Below are positions 57,862 through 64,000 of a DNA stretch of 64,000 nucleotides, in pieces. Origin of the DNA: Tubulanus polymorphus (taxonomy: Eukaryota; Animalia; Nemertea). A program made the translations under genes and the position numbers. The stretch spans positions 9,982,001 through 10,046,000 of the forward strand of contig NC_134028.1 of assembly GCF_964204645.1 (NCBI RefSeq). The letters are read 5' to 3'. Position 1 is the stretch's first letter. Each line of letters starts with the position of its first letter. Under the pieces are notes generated by a model. It had not been told where the DNA came from, did not search any database, and saw only the letters and a program-made list of their open reading frames with translations.

Positions 57862-59294
57862 ATGTCGGATTTAGAGTCAGATATTAGGTGAGATATGTTT
57901 TAAATATATGTTTAATGTCATGTGCCTGTATGGTGGCTGCTGCTTTGCCCTGGATAACATACAAACGCCTTGCTAGATATCCATTTTTTACTTCTTCTCA
58001 CCACAACTTGCACAAGTCACATATGTCAGAATGCTGCTGGCAATTGTTTGCCCACAACAATTATCCTGGTTCCTGAATCCTTGCGTCTTCTGGTTTTATC
58101 GTTCTCGGTCTTCCCTAAATACGCCAGTCAAAAGTCAAATATATTTAATATACATTGGTATAGCTATAGTTCATGAAGCCGTTCTTGTTAATTGAATATA
58201 ATGTGTTTTTTTTAATTTTCAGTTTGTTAATGCGTGAAAGTGAATCCAGTGATTCTGAATTAGAGGAAAATGGAGCAAATAATGAGACTAAGAAATCAGA
58301 TATATGCCTAAGCGATGAAAGCGATGAAGTGACGTCTCCGCCTCCCTGTAAAAAACAGAAGAGGACGCACTGGTCGAATAACGATTTAGATGACATTGTG
58401 GATATAATCGTGAATGATGAGTACCTTAAAAAACGTTTAATATTCATGAATGCAAAAAAACACAGAATATTATGGAAAAGTTCGGGATGAAATGAAGAAG
58501 AGAAATAAGACATTTAAATATTCACCAGTTCAGATTCGTAATAAATTTAAAAAGATGGTTGCAGAATGTAAAAAAGTGAGTCTAAGGTTGAAGACGGCAA
58601 CTGGAATTGATCGATTTATCGGGGAGCGCAATTATGGACAATGGTTCAAGCAACTGTTTCCCGTTGTTAAGACAAGACATGCATGTCAACCAGAAATGGC
58701 TATTGAACCAAGCACAGCTCCTAAGACAGAGTCCAAAATGAAGACACCTGAAGAAAAAGATTCAACAAATTTAACTGAATCTAATAAAACCAGGGCAACA
58801 AGCCCTAAGTGTGAAATAGCAAAGTTTGCCCCATCAGCGGAAATGAGCGCGAAAAAAAGGAAAGTCAAAGAGGAAAAAAACATGAAATGATTGAAATGAT
58901 GAAAAAAATAGCAGACCCAAATGACCCAACTGAATCCTTATTGAAATTCTTTCAAAAGGATAAAGAAAAGGCACGGGAACATGAACTAAAATTATTTGCT
59001 CTGTTGCTTCAGGGTCCTGGTTCAGTTCAAGCTCATGCTCCAGATTCTAGAATCCCAATCCCTTCTGTTAATGTACCAGGTCCTAGTTCTGCTCCAATCT
59101 ATCCTGGTCAAGGTAATTATTCCCTGCCAAATCCAATTCCTGGGCCAAGTGGGTATCAGCCCGAGGTATACCAACCCAATCTGAATACTTACCGGCATGC
59201 CTTTTCCCAAGGCCAACTTGGAGCTAGAAACTTCTTCGAAGATTTTCATAGGTCTGATTCCCAGGAAACTGAGAAACATTATGAATCTCTGTAA
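57862..59294 (+). pseudogene. Harbinger Myb/SANT-like (trihelix) DNA-binding protein, with predicted intron 57888-58222
   Basis: RTHWSNNDLDDIVDII...YGKVRDEM...QIRNKFKKMVAEC...YGQWF. Exon 1 MSDLESDI splices in frame via GTGAGA...TTTTCAG. Confidence 0.8.
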
Positions 59295-59947
59295 TTTGTG
59301 AAAATGACGTGCAAGTACTTTCAAGTTACTTGTATTTGAAAAAAAAAACCCCGAAATATGCCTAAGTGGACTGTATGTGGAGTAAAGCCACTCCCGTGTG
59401 TAATTATGTTACTTTTTACCTTTAAAGGGGTAATTTACAGTACCTGCCTGCCACCCGGTCAGTTGCACTACACTAATTTTCTATTTGGTGAATCGATTAA
59501 TTGTATTTATCTTGATCAAAAAAGTTAAATTTAATTTTTAACCCAATTTCTGATTAATAAAATTCAGCGAGATTATTTATCTGTTTAGTGTATTGTCATT
59601 TCACTGAGTGGCAGCACAAGTCGTGTACATCGTCCCCCCAGTATTTTGTATCATCATTTCCTACCTGGCAGAGGTGTTAATCACTAGTGAAAATTTTATT
59701 CACGTGTTGTTTCAAGTTTTTTAGATTTTTATTAATCAATTACTTTACTTTCTTTTACGACCCTAAACTAATGGGATTTAATAAAACGAATTGTTGAAAT
59801 GTAATTGAAATTATTTTATTTTCATAATAATTTTACAAGAAAACTTTGTACTACAGAAGTAATTCATTTTAAACTCCACAATGAAAAATAAATTCTTAAA
59901 CTTTCATTGTATACAACGAGTTCAGTTAGTTATTTGTAGAAATACGA

Positions 59948-61240
59948 TTACGCATTCTCGTGTTCATCCCAGAGTTTATCAGTTAACTGTTGACGGATAA
60001 GACCTGCATTCCTTGATGAATCCCTGATAGGTGGGCCATTAATCAAATGGAGGATTTCTTCAATCTGTTCCCTAGGACGCCGCTCAATGGTGTTAACATC
60101 AAATGCAAGGTCAAGTTTTTTGGAAATTGTGTTCCCACGATCCATACAAATATTGTGTAGAATTATACAAGCAAGAGTTGTTATCCTGACGTTACAGGGT
60201 TCACATTCCGATTTCCTCATTAAAACCCTCCATCGTCCTTTAAGTTGGCCATAAGCCCCCTCGGTCACTATTCTACCGCGACTCAAACGAAAATTGAAGT
60301 TCCTCTGTTCAGGCGACAAAACAGCGTTAGTAAATGGTTTCATAAGCCAAGATTTAATGGGGAACGCAGAGTCACCCACAATAAGTGGGGGTATTCGCAC
60401 ACCATTCACATCAAAGTGGATATCAGGTAGAATGTCCCCATTAATAACATCATGCCAGAATTGAGTGGACTGAAATATTATCCCATCATGGGAATTTCCT
60501 GGGAACCCACATGAAGCCCACACAAACCGATACCTGGCATCTACTAGCGCCATGAGAATAACAGAATAAAAGTTTTTGAAGTTATGATAATCTTTCCTTG
60601 CAATGCCACCACCACGTGGGGACCTGATGGGGATGTGGCATCCATCAACGGCTGCCCAGGTGTAAGGAAACTGCCATAGTCCTCCATCTGTATTATTTTT
60701 TCTCTGAAGTCTTGCTCACTCTCAGGCATATGACGGCCAACACATTCTTCCCACATCTACAACATTTGTGACATCCCTGGTGATATTTCGGACGGTCGTT
60801 ACACCCAATCCCGTCATCTCGGATATTGTATAGAAATAATCACCGCGTGAGAGTCTATATAAAGCGATAGCTAATCTATGTTCTGGACTTATCGGCATTT
60901 CAGTCACAATTTCCTTTTCAAGACGGTGTTTAATTCGTTCTAATATATATGAGAATGTCCCTTTAGAAATTCTAAATGTTTTCTTAAACCGCTTCTCACT
61001 GTACTCCTCTGAAGCTAGACTAAACCAGCCTCTATTTCTGGGCAACCTTCGACAGGAACGTCCTCTCGGAATCTGTTGATTTTCTGCATAATTCGCGGCA
61101 ATTAAATTCAAAATCAATGCTCGTCGAATCCGGAACTGGTTTGCTTAAGCTATCATCATGCGTACCTTCAATGAACGTCTTCGACGTGCTTGGTCTAGAA
61201 TAATCTTGAGCAGTAACAGTCGTCTGTTTATAGCCGCCAT
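59948..61240 (-). pseudogene. Harbinger DDE transposase (HARBI1-like), disrupted
   Basis: FKKTFRISKGTF, ISPEHRLAIALYRL, AVDGCHI, LVDARYRF, GNSHD, GDSAFP, RIVTEGAYGQLKGRWRVL, CIILHN. Confidence 0.93.
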
Positions 61241-62413
61241 TTTGCATTGTATGGCGCGTGTGTAGCACATCCGTATAATTTGAATTACTCGGCTCGAGCT
61301 ATAGTCGTGCTGAACGTGTCGTCGTCGGCTCGTCTATTGGCGCGACTTATAAACTGGGCCTTCGTGTAATACATTTGTTTCTACAGACATGCATGTATTC
61401 ATTGCTCTATTTTAGATGTGGATTTTGTGCTGCTGTTAATTCATTCATTCTCGAAAAAGAATTTCTGATAAATGGATTTTAACGTTTTCTTCCCGAAAAA
61501 TCTGGCAACTAATGAACCAGGATTATCGGTGGCAAAACGGGAAATATTCTGTTCCTAAACAGTCAAATATAGTTATTCAACGGGTTTTTAAAACAGAATA
61601 TGCTGTTTTTCATACAGATTTTTTTTTGGTTCATTAGTTGCCAGAATTTTCTGTTTTTTACGGGATATATTTTTGACAGTGTAATGTCCATTTTTATTCA
61701 ATCATTTCAGACGATTTCAACCCCTAGTGGAAATGAACAGGCGGAAGCAGAGGTAATTAAAGTTTCTTATCTGTCAATATTTTTCCGCAGTCGATATAAG
61801 CTGTGCTGCTAACGGGGTCGCTCCCAGTTGCGTCGGTGTATGTGTCGCGTCGCATGTCGACCTAAGCCAGGCTTAAAGGCTGCAGTCGTATCCCAGCTTA
61901 TGTTTACTGCGCTCCGATTTCCAGCAACTGAACCCGACTAGCATGTGAGATACAGCCAGTTGCTGTATGGGAATATATAACAAGTAAGAAAGTTGGCCAT
62001 TTCGTAAAAGCGAAGTGGTGAAGATGTATCAACTGTCAACGATGATGAAATTGCCATATGTCTTCCAAATTCATTATCAGTTGGTGGTACGAAACGGGCC
62101 TCGGGTATCCTAAATTTCCTTTTGTCAATTTGACAAGTTATTATTGCCAATCAATATATTATTAGGATAATTAGGATAATTCCGATAGGTTACCATCAAT
62201 AAATCATTGCTTGCCAGGGTTTGATTGCCCCCGACCGAAGGTCACGCCTACACAAACTCTGGCTACAAACCTTGCATTGATCTATGCGATCGCCCTTGCG
62301 TGGATGAGTTCAACTCAGCTCTCTCCATTCTATGTATCTGGCCATTCAGATGAATGGTAATTGATAGAGCGAACCTTCCGATAAAAATCAACGCATCTAT
62401 GTGACTTGATATA

Positions 62414-62575
62414 GGGGTCATTCATTTATTACGTACGCATCAAGGTAAGGGGGAGGGGTCAGTGCAATTGCGTACTGTAAAACTTAATGTATATGAAAAA
62501 ATGGCCGATTTTGCGTACAGAGGGGGGGGGGGTGAAAATCCATATTTTCTGCGTACGTAATAAATGAATGATCCC
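62414..62575. mobile_element. Tourist/PIF-like MITE
   Basis: 26-bp TIRs ggggtcattcatttattacgtacgca / tgcgtacgtaataaatgaatgatccc with an ATA 3-bp TSD. Confidence 0.8.
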
Positions 62576-63096
62576 ATACAGAATAGTGGACGCTAAGTAC
62601 GAACCGATCCGTCCAAGAAATCTTTTAGACCAATGCAGGGTTTGCAGCCAGGGTTTGTGAGGCTTGAGCTTAGGCGGGCCGCAATCTGGCAAGTGAAGGT
62701 ACTACCCACCGTAAAATATGTTATGCGTTAATTGAATTTACCGTAGATTTTTAATCTCAAGCATGCAGCAATGTCATTGTTAATTATATAGATAGTTTAT
62801 GTCAAGTCCTTCGCTTATGCATTATGAGATATCAAATATTTCTGAGCTTATAGATAGCGTTAATGCATAAATTATTAATTATGTTATGTGTGTAGTTGCG
62901 TTTTTAATTTTATGACATTTATGTATTCGTACACTACGTACAGTTGATAATTTTCTTTCGGTATTTAATTATATTGTGCATGGACCTAATAGAACAGCCT
63001 TCTAATTCAGTCTATTCTTCAAGGTGGTTCACCGTGCCCCGCAGTGTGGTTCAATTAACAAAGGGACGGTTCCTTTATTAACAACATTAAGATCAA

Positions 63097-63660
63097 CCGG
63101 AGATGCTGACCTGTTAATAGCTGAATCTGCATGTGAAAACGCATCAGCGACATCTTTTGTAACCGTTTTAGGTGAAGATACTGATCTACTTATTTTGTAA
63201 CTGCGCCACTACACTGTAGGCAGGGAACCAATACACTTGCAGATTGCAAAGCAGACCAACTCAGTTGATGCCATGAAAGGTTAAACTGATGCCAAGTTTT
63301 TTTAGTTATCTTTTCTTCGTTCATAGTAAGGCAGGATGTAATAGAGCGCCAAGGCGTATACGGCGTAAGCAAGCAGAAAGCAATATCCCGGTACGAACAA
63401 GTGGAACCTAGAAGTTCCTTGATCCTAAAGCAACATCATTAGATATTGAAACTGATGATCAAGATTCTACAGCAGAACTATGTAACGTTGAGACCAATTT
63501 AAGCATGGCCAGGTCATCTAAGTTCAGTGAAAAGGTTTCCAAATCAACTCAACACATTTCACTCGAGAAACCTCTACCTGCACCAACATCTGCAAAGTTT
63601 CATTACTATCGTCTACAGGCTTGGTTGGGCAATGATCTTGCGCCAGAAGAATCGTATGTG
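63097..63660 (+). pseudogene. Degenerate XPG/PIN-like nuclease fragment of an Academ-like transposon
   Basis: Manual translation GDADLLIAESA...VTVLGEDTDLLIL and, downstream, LPAPTSAKFHYYRLQAWLGNDL. Confidence 0.45.
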
Positions 63661-64000
63661 ATGAACACCCATTGCCCATTTCAATCTATGTTGTATACAC
63701 ACCCTTCTCGTTAAGATGGCGACACCGATCAATAATTGAGCCGTGACGTCATACGGTGAAAAATACTTCCGTGCTATAATGGCGCTCTTTGCAAAAGTTG
63801 GTGAGTAAACAGGAGAAACATTTCATTGTTTTTCGTCATTAAAGCACTCAAATCATGGATGTAAACGAATGAGAGAATCGCTTAACCTGCCGTACCTATA
63901 ATAGATATCGAATCCTTTCAAATGGACGAATAAGTTCAACAAAATCCGGCTGCCCTTTCCTAGAATTTTACTCGTGTCGTGGGTCGTCACCGTCCAGTCA

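Larger units (their letters stand above)
57549..61360. mobile_element. PIF/Harbinger DNA transposon (decayed autonomous copy)
   Basis: TIRs ggcccagtttatacgtcgc / gcgacttataaactgggcc; TTA/TTC flanks; convergent Myb-like and DDE transposase genes. Confidence 0.92.

Noticed and set aside
1-64000. Free giant-virus or bacterial/phage genome
   Set aside because: Pseudogenised repeated copies interleaved with Penelope, Harbinger and MITEs indicate a eukaryotic chromosome. No rRNA, tRNA or NCLDV core replication genes were seen.

Overview
AT-rich eukaryotic genomic DNA (a spliceosomal intron, Penelope, Harbinger and MITE elements are present; probably an invertebrate animal). It is dominated by a cluster of decaying endogenous Polinton/Maverick-type viruses. 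Copy A lies on the minus strand from 11586 to beyond the left edge. Copy B spans 13643-30463 between ~70-bp TIRs. Copy C spans 30464-~49850; it is 5'-truncated by B and split by a 9.8-kb TIR transposon. A diverged, inverted integrase/ATPase/HNH module D occupies ~49850-55150. The family encodes protein-primed PolB, penton, double jelly-roll MCP, rve-chromo integrase, packaging ATPase and several membrane proteins; I found no adenain protease. Three features stand out. (1) Every pPolB carries a ~355-aa intein with a LAGLIDADG homing endonuclease inside the catalytic YxD/TDS motif, and its DNA-binding strands and target-site codons differ between copies. (2) Almost every gene starts in a T-run/spacer/TAAATG context matching the poxvirus late promoter. 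(3) Copies A and B encode a zinc-finger protein fused to a VLTF3-like late transcription factor domain. Together these suggest an integrated, giant-virus/poxvirus-dependent (virophage-like) Polinton. All family assignments come from motif recognition by eye; no searches were run.
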